Source: Candidatus Cloacimonadales bacterium
GTDB lineage: Bacteria; Cloacimonadota; Cloacimonadia; Cloacimonadales; JAFGVF01
Direction: 5' to 3'
Assembly (NCBI GenBank): GCA_963678315.1
Contig: OY782781.1
Coordinates: 2,592,001 to 2,656,000 of the forward strand
Length of the DNA: 64,000 nucleotides
Shown here: positions 10,190-20,888 of the stretch, one piece after another
Position numbering within the stretch: position 1 is the first letter of the stretch
Layout of the letters: every line of letters starts with the position of its first letter
Program-made: the position numbers and the translations under genes
Notes under the pieces: generated by a model
What the model saw: only the letters and a program-made list of their open reading frames with translations
The model's database searches: none
What the model was told of the DNA's origin: nothing

Positions 10190-10420
10190 TTATTGAACTG
10201 AGATAACTTCTTTTACTTCTGGAATCTCGTCTTTAAGCACTCTTTCGATACCAGCTTTTAAAGTTAAAGTTGCCATTGGGCATGAACCACAAGCACCTTG
10301 TAATCTAACTTCAATTACGTTATCTTCACGAATATTTACTAATTCACAATCTCCACCATCAGCCTGTAATGATGGTCTCACTTTATCAAGAACTTCTTGA
10401 ACTTTTGCTCTATCTAACAT
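10190..10420 (-). CDS. NifU/NfuA C-terminal domain Fe-S carrier
   Basis: [11 protein letters not shown]...LQGACGSCP (CxxC). Start moved to ATG 10420, behind the GGAGG SD. Confidence 0.92.
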   Translation of the reverse strand: MLDRAKVQEVLDKVRPSLQADGGDCELVNIREDNVIEVRLQGACGSCPMATLTLKAGIERVLKDEIPEVKEVISVQ

Positions 10421-10547
10421 CAGTTCCTCCATATTTATTTGGTAATATATTAGTCATAACCAATCTTTTTGCAATATTTATTTTGTCAATTTATAAATAA
10501 TATTGCTAATTTTCATATCTTTACAAATGAATTTCACCTATTTCAAG

Positions 10548-13500
10548 CTATCTAACCTTAAATGTTCTTATCTCAAAAGGCTTAAATTCTAGTTCAGTTG
10601 AATCAATAATATCATCTACTTCTTCAATCAGATTACATTCAGCTATTAGATATTCATGGCATCCTGGTATTACATCAGCTAAGTTTATTTTCCCTGCATA
10701 ACCTTGAGATTCATACAATCTAAGAATTAGACCTTTTCTATCTTCTGCAGGCTTAATAGTCTCTAGGACAATATGTTCAGAGTTACATTTAAAGAAGTTT
10801 CCACTGTGATCTTCTGGATAATCTTTAATACTCTCAACAATACTAGGAGAATTCAAAGCATGAGCCTCTTGTCTTACAATCTGATAGTTCTCAAGATGAG
10901 GAACATAGCCATAAGTAAACTTTTGTATTCCCACATCTGCCTTATTATCTGGGTATTGAGGAGCTCTTAACAGATTTAATTCTATGATATTATCATGAAT
11001 ACTGTAACCATATTTTGAATCGTTAATTATTCCTAATCCAAAATCATCTCTTCTAAGGTCAGCCCACCTTTGACCAGCAACCTCAAACTTTGCCATGTCC
11101 CAGGATGTGTTATAGTGAGTAGGACGCTCTAAAGCTCCATATTGAATCTCATAACAAGCTCTTCCTTGGCTTACAGCTGTCTCAGCATGTACTCTTAGCA
11201 TCTTATCTTTCTCTTGCCAATCTACTTCATTTTCTATAAGTATAGTTGGAGAGCCATAAACAAGGCTAATCTTTTGAGTAATTGTAGATTCTGATACCTT
11301 CAAATGTTGAGTAACTTCTATTACATCCTGATTAACATAAGATAGCTCTCTTTTAATCAATCTAGCTTGTTGAGGTTCCGTGTCTCTATAGAAGTGATTT
11401 ATGTCCCATGCCCCCCAGTTATTAGGTCTATCTTCCCAGAGAAGAAGTTTATTAGCTGGACCGTTCAAGAACTCTCTTTCACTTTCAAGCTCTATGATAG
11501 ATGATATTGTACCGTCCTCTGCGAACTCAACTCTAATTATGTCATTTTCTATAGTATTGACATTAGCTTCAGTATCAATGCTTTGAGTATAATCTACTTC
11601 TTCAATAGTAAAGCAATTATAACCAAATGATTTAACTGGAATTATCGTCCTCAAAAGCCCATTTTGAGCATTGATTGACCTCTTATCATGACCAATCTCA
11701 ACAGTGTAGTTATCACCTTTGACAGGAACTTCAACTAAGATATTTCTATCATGTGAAAGGCTATTAAATACAATATACTTATTACTATTTTCTTTAAGTT
11801 CTACGAATTCTGAGAGAATATCTTTTTCGATTAGTTTAAGTTTTTCTAAATTATCGGCAGACATTTTATAGGCATCTTTATAAACCCATGGTATTGAAGA
11901 ACCTGGTAATATATCATGGAACTGGTTAAGCAAAGTATTTTTCCAGATTTCATCCATTTTTTCTTTATCTAGAACCCCAAATATAGCCCCTAAGAATTCT
12001 ACATTACGTAGCTTTTGTTCCAGTTTACGGTTGAACATCTTCATTTTAGCTTGGGAAGTGTAAGTACCTCTATGAAACTCTAGATAAAGCTCTCCAACCC
12101 ATTTAGGTAACTTCTCTTTAGGAATTTCAGCTATCTTCTTAAAGAAATCATCTGCAAAAGCATATTTCACTTTAGGAACACCTTCTAAATTCTGCTGTCT
12201 AAGACCTAATTCAATCTGTTCTCTAGAAGGTCCTCCACCTCCATCACCGATGCCATATAAGTTCAAGAATTCATTTGAAACATCTGATTGAGCATATCTT
12301 TCTTCAGATTCAATAAACTGCTGTGGTAAATTACTTAAATTATAATCATTAGTAGGAAGGAAATGGGTTAATATCTCACTTCCATCAATGCCTTGCCAAT
12401 AGAATGTATGGTGTGGAAACTTGTTTGTTTCTGACCAAGATATCTTTTGCGTCATAAAAACGTCAATTCCACATTTAGTAAGGATTTGTGGTAAGGCTGC
12501 AGAATAACCAAATACATCTGGTAACCATAGATTACGTACATCTTGACCAAACTCCTCTTTAAAGAATCTTTTACCATAAAGACACTGTCTAACCAAAGAT
12601 TCTCCAGACGGGATATTCATATCTGGTTCACACCACATTCCACCTTGAAGTTCCCACCTGCCCTCATTCACTCTATTCTTAATCTCTTTATACAAATCAG
12701 GATAATCATTTTTCACCCATTCATACAATTGTGGTTGAGATGCACCAAACTTATAATCAGGATACTCTTCCATTAATCTCAACACAGTAGAGAAAGTTCT
12801 TCCACCTTTACGTCTGGTTTCCCTAACAGGCCATAACCAGGCTAAATCGATATGAGCATGTCCTATAGAATAGACTGTCATTGCACTTGCATTTGCAGGT
12901 TTTTCTAGAATTGGCTTGAGTAACTTCAGAGATTGCTCTTTTCCTTGACCACCTTGCCATACATCTATTGCTTGATTAACACCATAGATAATTTTCTTTC
13001 TTCTGACAGACTTTTCAGGCAATGCCTTAGCTAAATCTCTTAAGACTCTTGCATCATAATAAAGCTCTATCACCTTTGTATCAACAGTTACTATATCAGC
13101 CTGGATAAACCTATATCCTTCTTGTCCAGCTCCAAATAAGCCATTTGCACCTGTTTCCACCAATAAATCGATATCTTCATTACCATCAGATTTCTCAAAT
13201 AAAGGAACAAAGACTTTACCTGACATTAAATTCCAGTGAATTTTATTGGTTAAGCCAGCGTGAGGACTTCCATTCTTGAATAAGCATGCTTCAGATTCTG
13301 TATCAATCAAAGCCCCAACTTTCTTACCTGCAAACTCTTTAGGTATTTTTCCTTTAAACTTAAACCAAGCAGAACCCCATGGATTTCCCCACTCTTCTTT
13401 GGGTTTGATTGATTTAAATTCCCATTTATCAATTTCTTCAAAAGGAATTGGCTTCTCATCACAAGAAATATATTCAGCAGATAATTCAACATTGTTAGCA

Positions 13501-13568
13501 AAATGTAAGTTATAGAGTTCATCAACCCAACGATCAATTCTCTCTAAATAGATGTGTATGTTTCTCAT
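10548..13568 (-). CDS. GH38 alpha-mannosidase
   Basis: GHAHIDLAWLW, WLPDVFGY, GIGDGGGGP, ELYLEFHRGTYTSQ, LNQFHDILPGS. Confidence 0.96.
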   Translation of the reverse strand: MRNIHIYLERIDRWVDELYNLHFANNVELSAEYISCDEKPIPFEEIDKWEFKSIKPKEEWGNPWGSAWFKFKGKIPKEFAGKKVGALIDTESEACLFKNGSPHAGLTNKIHWNLMSGKVFVPLFEKSDGNEDIDLLVETGANGLFGAGQEGYRFIQADIVTVDTKVIELYYDARVLRDLAKALPEKSVRRKKIIYGVNQAIDVWQGGQGKEQSLKLLKPILEKPANASAMTVYSIGHAHIDLAWLWPVRETRRKGGRTFSTVLRLMEEYPDYKFGASQPQLYEWVKNDYPDLYKEIKNRVNEGRWELQGGMWCEPDMNIPSGESLVRQCLYGKRFFKEEFGQDVRNLWLPDVFGYSAALPQILTKCGIDVFMTQKISWSETNKFPHHTFYWQGIDGSEILTHFLPTNDYNLSNLPQQFIESEERYAQSDVSNEFLNLYGIGDGGGGPSREQIELGLRQQNLEGVPKVKYAFADDFFKKIAEIPKEKLPKWVGELYLEFHRGTYTSQAKMKMFNRKLEQKLRNVEFLGAIFGVLDKEKMDEIWKNTLLNQFHDILPGSSIPWVYKDAYKMSADNLEKLKLIEKDILSEFVELKENSNKYIVFNSLSHDRNILVEVPVKGDNYTVEIGHDKRSINAQNGLLRTIIPVKSFGYNCFTIEEVDYTQSIDTEANVNTIENDIIRVEFAEDGTISSIIELESEREFLNGPANKLLLWEDRPNNWGAWDINHFYRDTEPQQARLIKRELSYVNQDVIEVTQHLKVSESTITQKISLVYGSPTILIENEVDWQEKDKMLRVHAETAVSQGRACYEIQYGALERPTHYNTSWDMAKFEVAGQRWADLRRDDFGLGIINDSKYGYSIHDNIIELNLLRAPQYPDNKADVGIQKFTYGYVPHLENYQIVRQEAHALNSPSIVESIKDYPEDHSGNFFKCNSEHIVLETIKPAEDRKGLILRLYESQGYAGKINLADVIPGCHEYLIAECNLIEEVDDIIDSTELEFKPFEIRTFKVR

Positions 13569-13598
13569 ATTTTATCCTTATTATAATATTTTATATTC

Positions 13599-15461
13599 TT
13601 ATTTTTCTGTAGGAACCACAATTCCTCTTATAATAATGTTTTGGAAGAAGATAAACACAAGAAGTGTTGGTATGGATGCAATTACCAATGCTGCATAGCC
13701 AACCCCTAATGAAGATCTTTGCATTAATTGATAGATATGAACCATCATAGTCCACATATTTCTATCCTGACATACAATAAAGGCAAACATAAAGTTTCTG
13801 TAAGCTGCATTAAAAGCATTTAGAGCTATAACTGCCATGATAGGTTTTGATAACTGCATGGCAATATTCCAGAAAACTCTTACTTCCCCTGCCCCATCAA
13901 TAGTAGCTGATTCAAATAATTCTTTAGGTAATGAATCAAAGAAACCTTTCAAAAGGAATATAAAGTAACCATCAGCCATAGCAGGTAGTATTAGTGCCCA
14001 GAATGTATTCAAAAGACTGAATTTTTTAAGTAACAAGAAATTAGGTATACCCATAACCATTGGAGGGAATGCCATAGTTAACATCAAGAAAAGCAATATT
14101 TTGTAAGTAGCCCTCAGTTTAAATCTACTCATAGCATAGGCTGCTAAAGGATTAACTATCAAAGCTGTTATAATAGCTAAGAGAACATAGAATATTGTAT
14201 TATAGACAGCTCTACCTGATAAGAGCATGGTATCCAAAACTTTTATATAGTTACGTTTTACCATTTCCCAGAATATCTCAGATTTGTTTTGTAAAAAATA
14301 ACCATAGCTTAGGGCTTGATAATTTACAGTAACATCATTAAAAGATTCAAAATTGCTTGCAAACTTATCATTATATTCACCAATATTTTTATACTTAGAA
14401 GCCAAATAATCCCTATATCTCCATTCGACTGTATCTAAATAAAGATAGTTTGAATCAACTATTGTTTCAATAAAGAATTGGTAATCTATCTTTCTTGCTC
14501 CTCTAATATCGTATTTATTAGGAAAGTTTATTTCTTCAAATGAAGCATAAGATGATTTATAGGTTTTGTTTAGTAAATCTATAGAATCAGCATATTTTTC
14601 TTTCAACATTTCTTGATATTTTGGTGTTTGACTTTCATCAATAGCCAACTGAGAGATATTAACCAAGTTTTTACAATAATAATCCCAATATTCTGCCAAT
14701 TTACCTTCTGGTTTTCTTCTAGGTATTACAAATTCATCCAGACTACGATAATCTTTTTCAAGAGCTTCATTAATTTTACTTATATCACTCCCAACTTCTT
14801 GAATTACTGTATTCTGTAAGAAGTGTCCATCTACAGAAGGATAAACTCTCTCCCTATATGCTAAACCTTTCTTGAAATCTTGATACTCATCTGTTAGCTT
14901 GTTGGATTCTATTGTAAAAGATCTCAAAAGAATTTTCTCTTCTCTTAATTGGACTTGCTCCCAGTATATTATCTCAGTATCATACTTTTCGTTTAGAATG
15001 TCTAAATCTGACTTAGATTTCTTTTTCACCAAGCTTCTAAAAGCCCTTTCATTCTTTGGATAAAGACCTCTGGAATATTGTTCAGCGATAAAGTAATCAT
15101 AAGAATTTTCACTACTATTATGAAGGAATTCTTCCCATAAATCCTTGTAGCCAGGTAAATCTTCGGTAACATTAACATCTCTAAATGAGAAATATTCTGA
15201 TTTAAACTGTTCAACTAGTGTTGTAGATTCTTCATTATATTTGCTTGCAATATACTTCTTATATAAGATATTATCATCAAAGAAGAACTTAGGATAAACT
15301 GAGTAGTTATTAGAGTCTACTGAAGAGCTAAAAGATGCGGTTATCATCATCATAAAAGGATAAATCATGGTTATAGCACCTAGAATAAGCACTAAGTGAA
15401 TTGAAGAATTAAGGATTCTTACTTTTGCAGACTTTCTTCCAACTTTTCCTATAATCGGCAT
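13599..15461 (-). CDS. Carbohydrate ABC transporter permease (MalG-like) with a large extracytoplasmic insertion
   Basis: First TM helix IYPFMMMI, then ~350 hydrophilic aa, then AAYAMSRF and EAA-type loop LPKELFESATIDGAGE. Confidence 0.9.
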   Translation of the reverse strand: MPIIGKVGRKSAKVRILNSSIHLVLILGAITMIYPFMMMITASFSSSVDSNNYSVYPKFFFDDNILYKKYIASKYNEESTTLVEQFKSEYFSFRDVNVTEDLPGYKDLWEEFLHNSSENSYDYFIAEQYSRGLYPKNERAFRSLVKKKSKSDLDILNEKYDTEIIYWEQVQLREEKILLRSFTIESNKLTDEYQDFKKGLAYRERVYPSVDGHFLQNTVIQEVGSDISKINEALEKDYRSLDEFVIPRRKPEGKLAEYWDYYCKNLVNISQLAIDESQTPKYQEMLKEKYADSIDLLNKTYKSSYASFEEINFPNKYDIRGARKIDYQFFIETIVDSNYLYLDTVEWRYRDYLASKYKNIGEYNDKFASNFESFNDVTVNYQALSYGYFLQNKSEIFWEMVKRNYIKVLDTMLLSGRAVYNTIFYVLLAIITALIVNPLAAYAMSRFKLRATYKILLFLMLTMAFPPMVMGIPNFLLLKKFSLLNTFWALILPAMADGYFIFLLKGFFDSLPKELFESATIDGAGEVRVFWNIAMQLSKPIMAVIALNAFNAAYRNFMFAFIVCQDRNMWTMMVHIYQLMQRSSLGVGYAALVIASIPTLLVFIFFQNIIIRGIVVPTEK

Positions 15462-15472
15462 AATATTCCTCC

Positions 15473-17938
15473 TTAATTATCCTTCTTAGCTGAATCAGCA
15501 GTTCTAAATTCCATTCGTGATAATCTCCTTAACTGGAAGACTGTGAAGCCCATCATCATGAATCCTAGCATCCATGCCATAGCTGTGGCAACTCCGAAGT
15601 TAAGATATAAATATGCTCTTTCAAAAATCAATAAATCTGCTACTTTAGTAGCTTCATTAGGACCACCAAAAGTCATTACCAAGATAAAACCACTTTGTTG
15701 AGCTGAAGCGATAAAAGCAGCTATAAACTGAATAATTATCAGAGCCTTCATACTCGGAAATACTATATGTCTAATCTTACTAAAGAAGCCTGCTCCATCA
15801 ATATCAGCCGCTTCGTATAAATCATCTGGAATACCTTTCAAGGCTGCTAAATAGATTAGACAACCCGGTCCTACCCCTGCCCAAATCTGCGGTAAGATTA
15901 CTAGTAACATAGCCAAACCTTCATCCTGAAGCCATCTGCTCTTTGGTAAACCTAAGGAGAGCAATATTTGATTTAAAGCCCCAGCATCACTTGGGTCGTA
16001 AAGAAGCTTCCATAAATATACTACAATAACACCACTTACAATGGCTGGTAAATAATAAATAACTCTATAAATTAATTTCCCTTTTGATACTTCTTGTAAG
16101 AGAATAGCAAGTATTATTGGAGGGAAAAAACCTAATGATAATGAAAGAAGCATGTAATATAATGTCTTCCCGATTGCCTTCCACCAAATAGGATCATAGA
16201 GAACATCAGCAAAATTTGAAAGCCCTACCCATTCGGAATTACCCACTAAGGAATAATCTTGGAATGCCATTAATGAACCCATTATCATTGGTATATACTT
16301 CCACATTAAGATAGATAATAGTGCTGGTAAAAGCATTAGCCAAGCAAGCAGATTCCTTCGCTTAGCTGATTTGCTCGAGAAATAAATGTCTTTAGGTGTA
16401 AATATTTGCCAAACCCGATAGAGAATAATTAAGAAAGCAGAAAAAACTATAACTGCTACTACTGCAGCTGTCCTATTTCTTTTTGCTCTTTCATCTGGCG
16501 TTATTTTACCTAACATCTTTTGATTTGTTCTCTTGACAGCATTCTTTAAAATCTGACTTATATTCTCTCTACGCTCAACTTCTGTAGATCCTAAATTTCC
16601 TTCTTCGGCTAATGATATGCATCGATTCAAAGGATAAGTCATATATTCATATACTTTTTGAGTATTTTTACCATAGGGCTCAGGTTTACCATTCTCAAGT
16701 GCTTCTTCAAATGTTTCTATCCAACCCTCAGGAACATATCTTAGATACTCATCATAACCATATCTTTCCAACAAAATTGGATTTAGCATCTTGCCATAAC
16801 CAGCATCTATCATTACTTTAGTTCGTATCTGCCTTGCTTCTTCACTATCATAAAACCAGATATAGTTCCAGGCAGCTTGTCTCACTTTTTCTGGATCTCT
16901 TTCACCCAATGAACCATTATTTGAAATTCCTGCCCCAGAAAAGATACCCATCATCCTACAATTTAATTCAGAACCTCTTATTCCTGTTGGGCCTAATGGT
17001 ACCGGAGCTACTCCGTAAAGGTTTGGATCAAGTGTCTTACCCAGACTCTTGTCATCCATATAGTCGATACGCATACCTATCTTACCATCAGACCACCTAA
17101 AGCCCCAATCTCCAGTATCATCAATGTAGCCAACTTGAGTGTTTCCTTCTACATCTTGCCACTTTTCCGTCTTCAACTTTACAAAGAAATCCATAGCTGT
17201 TACAGCAGCTTCATCATCAAAAGAAGCATACCATTCTCCAGTTTCAGGATTTTGTCTAACTGCTTCTCCACCAGCACTCCATAGATATGTAATCCAATCC
17301 CATGCTGCTTGTGGTCCCCCTGCAACAGTTAATCCAGATGTCCCCTCTTGTGGGTTTGTTATCTTCTTGGCATAGTGATATAATTCATTCCAATCTCTAG
17401 GACCTCTATTAGGGTCTAAGCCAGCTTTCTGAAATAAATCTTTACGATATAACAAAACCCTGACCAATGTTTCGTAAGGCATACACCAATAATGGTCTTC
17501 ATTATCGCCAGTCTTCTTTCTTTTTATTACAGGCATAACAGGAGCAGAAACTCTATAATTCATATTTTGTTCAGATTCTCCTGCTACAAACTCATCTAAA
17601 GGATACAAAAATCCTTTTTCTATATAAGTTGCTGATTGTCTGAAGTTTACATAAATAATATCAGGTGATACTCCACCAGCTATAGCCATAAGAGGACCAG
17701 CATCCAAGTCCATGTTCTCAATCTGAATACCCGAAAATGATTGCAATTCTATATTAGGAAATTTCTTTTTGAATGCTTCAATTACTGCTCGATCAGCTTT
17801 AGCAAATGCATCTGCACTCTTAGGGTCTGGCAAATCAAAGACCTTTAGAATAGTTTTTTCATGCTCTGCATTTAATAATCCTACAATACTTAATATAATT
17901 AACAATAAAAAGATTTTAATTGATTTGTTTAAAGCCAT
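15473..17938 (-). CDS. Fused sugar-binding protein / MalF-like permease
   Basis: Signal peptide; family-1 SBP motifs (PDII, LLYRKDLFQKAGLDP, PRDWNEL); C-terminal permease with IYLAALKGIPDDLYEAADIDGA. Confidence 0.9.
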   Translation of the reverse strand: MALNKSIKIFLLLIILSIVGLLNAEHEKTILKVFDLPDPKSADAFAKADRAVIEAFKKKFPNIELQSFSGIQIENMDLDAGPLMAIAGGVSPDIIYVNFRQSATYIEKGFLYPLDEFVAGESEQNMNYRVSAPVMPVIKRKKTGDNEDHYWCMPYETLVRVLLYRKDLFQKAGLDPNRGPRDWNELYHYAKKITNPQEGTSGLTVAGGPQAAWDWITYLWSAGGEAVRQNPETGEWYASFDDEAAVTAMDFFVKLKTEKWQDVEGNTQVGYIDDTGDWGFRWSDGKIGMRIDYMDDKSLGKTLDPNLYGVAPVPLGPTGIRGSELNCRMMGIFSGAGISNNGSLGERDPEKVRQAAWNYIWFYDSEEARQIRTKVMIDAGYGKMLNPILLERYGYDEYLRYVPEGWIETFEEALENGKPEPYGKNTQKVYEYMTYPLNRCISLAEEGNLGSTEVERRENISQILKNAVKRTNQKMLGKITPDERAKRNRTAAVVAVIVFSAFLIILYRVWQIFTPKDIYFSSKSAKRRNLLAWLMLLPALLSILMWKYIPMIMGSLMAFQDYSLVGNSEWVGLSNFADVLYDPIWWKAIGKTLYYMLLSLSLGFFPPIILAILLQEVSKGKLIYRVIYYLPAIVSGVIVVYLWKLLYDPSDAGALNQILLSLGLPKSRWLQDEGLAMLLVILPQIWAGVGPGCLIYLAALKGIPDDLYEAADIDGAGFFSKIRHIVFPSMKALIIIQFIAAFIASAQQSGFILVMTFGGPNEATKVADLLIFERAYLYLNFGVATAMAWMLGFMMMGFTVFQLRRLSRMEFRTADSAKKDN

Positions 17939-18034
17939 TTAAACCTCATGATGATGTTGATAAATATAAATTATGCAAGATATATACCAGCAAGTAGATT
18001 GTTTGGGATAAGGCAATATTCTTTGTCTTTATTT

Positions 18035-18757
18035 ACACCCCTTCACTCACGATTGAAATCATGGGCTCTGAGGGAGATGTCCTTTTAGGGCAATCCCCTT
18101 GAGACGTTCTGCCGAACGTCTCTACTCTGGGATTGTAGCCATCCCTGGCTACGAAAAAAACACTTTACTTCGCGTAAGCATTAACTATGTTCAAACTATC
18201 GGTGGATGCTTACGTAATATTTATCCCGAAGGGATTGATTATCCAAAGCCTAGGTTTTCAAACCTAGGTTAGATTATAGTAACTTTGTTGCTAGTGCTGA
18301 AAGTACTTATCTTTTTAATGAGTTATCTTTAGAAGTCCCTTCAGGAATATAATCTACTGTTTGATCTTATTACCCATGATTGAAATCATGGGCTTTGAAT
18401 AATTTACCCCTCTGGGGTATTTATGGATGTATAGCCCTAAATAATGTGGTTGTTTTTTCGTGTTATTCGTGCTTTTCGTAGTAATCTTCTCTGTTTGCAG
18501 ATAAAGCTTAGCCTTTATGTCGCCCTTTCAGGGCTTTTTTTATTTTTTAACTATTACATGGAGGGCAAGCCTCCATGCTTAGTATATGCCACCCCTTCGG
18601 GGTTACAAGTTTAATTCTTAATTCTACATTATCAATTCTTTGCCGGCTAGCAGCCGAGCGTTCCCAGTAACTCCCCACTCCTAACTCCTAACTCCTCACT
18701 CCTAGCTTACTGGTCTCCTTGAAAAAAAGCTGATTTTTCAATGAGGCAAGTAAGGGT
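18035..18757. repeat. Cluster of REP-like palindromes and short tandem repeats (cluster 1)
   Basis: CCCATGATTGAAATCATGGG, CCTAGGTTTTCAAACCTAGG, GCCCTTTCAGGGC, CATGGAGGGCAAGCCTCCATG, CCCCTTCGGGG, a GTAG-type REP at 18101-18125 (minus strand), (CTCCTAA)n near 18680-18700. Segment 18436-18604 is an inverted copy of 31470-31639. Confidence 0.85.
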
Positions 18758-18777
18758 GGCCATATCAAGCTTAAACA

Positions 18778-18810
18778 AAACAAGCTTCGATAAAATATCG
18801 AAGCTTGTTT
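18778..18810 (-). terminator. Rho-independent terminator after glnS
   Basis: Perfect 15-bp stem AAACAAGCTTCGATA-AAA-TATCGAAGCTTGTTT, T-rich downstream on the minus strand. Confidence 0.8.
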
Positions 18811-18827
18811 ATTTATATAGTTTTGAG

Positions 18828-20540
18828 TTATTTCTTTTTATTCTTTATTTTCTTCCAAGCATCTTTAAGAGTTACTGTTCTGTTAAACACAGGTTTTTCT
18901 TTTGTAGAGTACTTAGAATCTAGGATAAAGTATCCAATTCTTTCAAATTGATAGTTTACACCAGATTTTGCATTAGCAAGTTCAGGTTCCACAAAGCAAT
19001 TTGTTTTAATTTCAAGAGAATCAGGATTTAAGAAATCAATAAATGTTTTTCCTTCTACTTTCTTGTTAGGGTTTTCTTCTGAGAACAGATTATTTAGCAT
19101 TCTTACTTCAACTTGTTTAGCATGTTGAGCAGAAACCCAGTGCATTGTTGCTTTTACTTTTCTACCATCAGGAGCATTACCACCTTTGGTCTCAGGGTCA
19201 TAAGTACAATGAACTTCAATAATTTCACCATTCTCATCTTTAACAATATCGTGACATTTAATAAAATATGCGTATCTAAGTCTAACTTCACGACCTTGAG
19301 ATAATCTGAAGAATTTACGAGGAGCATCTTCCATAAAGTCATCTCTTTCGATGTATAATTCTTTTGAGAATGGAACTTTTCTTGTACCATCTTCTGGATT
19401 TTCAGGATTATTGACAGCATCAAGCCATTCATCTTGTCCTTCAGGATAATTAGTAATTACCACCTTCAAAGGATTGATTACTCCCATCATTCTGAGAGAG
19501 CTTTTATTTAGTACTTGTCTTACATGGTATTCTAAAAGAGCTAATTCTACAGTAGAATTTCTTTTAGCTAAGCCAACAGCTTCACAAAAGTTTCTAATAG
19601 CCTCTGCTGGATAGCCTTTTCTTCTTAGACCACATAGAGTAGGCATTCTAGGATCATCCCAACCATCAACTAATCCTTTTTCTACTAGTTCTTTTAACTT
19701 ACGTTTACTAGTAACAGTGTGAGTAAGCTCTAACCTAGCAAATTCAATTTGTTGTGGATGATAGATATCTAAAGCATCTAAGAACCAATCATAAAGAGCT
19801 CTATTATTTTGGAATTCTAAAGTACAAAGAGAGTGAGTTATCTTTTCAATAGAATCTTCTAAACAATGAGCAAAATCATACATTGGATAAATATGCCATT
19901 TATCACCAGTTTGATGATGACTAGCATTCTTGATTCTGTATATCAAAGGATCTCTCATTTTCATATTAGAGTGAGCCATGTCAATCTTAGCTCTTAAAGT
20001 GTAAGCACCATCTTCAAATTCACCATTTTTCATTCTTTCAAGAAGGTCTAAACTCTCTTCTATAGGTCTTTCACGATCAGGTGAAGGCTTTCCTGCTTCT
20101 TTAACAGTTCCTCTGTATTCTCTAATATCGTCCAAAGATAAAGAACATACATAGGCAAGCCCTTTCTTAATTAGTTGCTGTGCATATTGGTAGATCTTCT
20201 CAAAATACATGGAAGCATAGTATAAACGATCATCCCAACTGTAACCTAACCACTTGATATCTTCTTGAATAGAATCAACATATTCAATATCTTCAGTAAC
20301 AGGATTAGTATCATCAAATCTAAGATTTGTTAAACCATTATACTCTTTTGCAATACCAAAATCTACACAAATAGCTTTGGCATGCCCAATATGTAAGTAA
20401 CCATTTGGTTCAGGAGGAAATCTTGTATGTACTCTTCCATCATACTTACCAGACTCATTATCTTTGTCTATGATTTGTCTGATAAAATCTCTTGGTTCTG
20501 TTTTAACTTCTTCATCAACTACAAGATTCTTATTTTCCAT
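18828..20540 (-). CDS. glnS: Glutamine--tRNA ligase
   Basis: [41 protein letters not shown]. Confidence 0.98.
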   Translation of the reverse strand: MENKNLVVDEEVKTEPRDFIRQIIDKDNESGKYDGRVHTRFPPEPNGYLHIGHAKAICVDFGIAKEYNGLTNLRFDDTNPVTEDIEYVDSIQEDIKWLGYSWDDRLYYASMYFEKIYQYAQQLIKKGLAYVCSLSLDDIREYRGTVKEAGKPSPDRERPIEESLDLLERMKNGEFEDGAYTLRAKIDMAHSNMKMRDPLIYRIKNASHHQTGDKWHIYPMYDFAHCLEDSIEKITHSLCTLEFQNNRALYDWFLDALDIYHPQQIEFARLELTHTVTSKRKLKELVEKGLVDGWDDPRMPTLCGLRRKGYPAEAIRNFCEAVGLAKRNSTVELALLEYHVRQVLNKSSLRMMGVINPLKVVITNYPEGQDEWLDAVNNPENPEDGTRKVPFSKELYIERDDFMEDAPRKFFRLSQGREVRLRYAYFIKCHDIVKDENGEIIEVHCTYDPETKGGNAPDGRKVKATMHWVSAQHAKQVEVRMLNNLFSEENPNKKVEGKTFIDFLNPDSLEIKTNCFVEPELANAKSGVNYQFERIGYFILDSKYSTKEKPVFNRTVTLKDAWKKIKNKKK

Positions 20541-20624
20541 GTTTTCCTCATAAAATATTTGTTTTTAACAGTAAATTTTTAGTAATTTATTAGTCAAGCA
20601 GTATTTTGTTTGTGCTTGTAGAAC

Positions 20625-20653
20625 AAAAAAAAGAAGGTCAAAGTTGACCTTCT
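20625..20653 (-). terminator. Rho-independent terminator downstream of clpX
   Basis: AGAAGGTCAA-AG-TTGACCTTCT stem followed by a long T-run on the minus strand. Confidence 0.8.
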
Positions 20654-20888
20654 AATAATCTTGATAAAATCAATACACTTTGTTTTTGCTTTATTTTTTC
20701 AAAAATAAATCGATAATAGGTTAGTTAAATCTTTAGTCGAAGACGTATTGTAATACTTCGAGTGCTAAAGATTTAGCTAAGATATATCGAATCTCATAAA
20801 TTCAAGATATTTATCTTTGACAATAAACAATTCAACAAAAGTCTGAAAGAGTCTAAATTAACCTTTTAAACTCAATATATTGCAGAAA

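Noticed and set aside
20541..20888. T-box riboswitch or 6S RNA upstream of glnS
   Set aside because: No T-box GGTGGnACC motif was found, and the hairpin lacks the two-sided central bubble of 6S RNA. Kept only as an unassigned structure.
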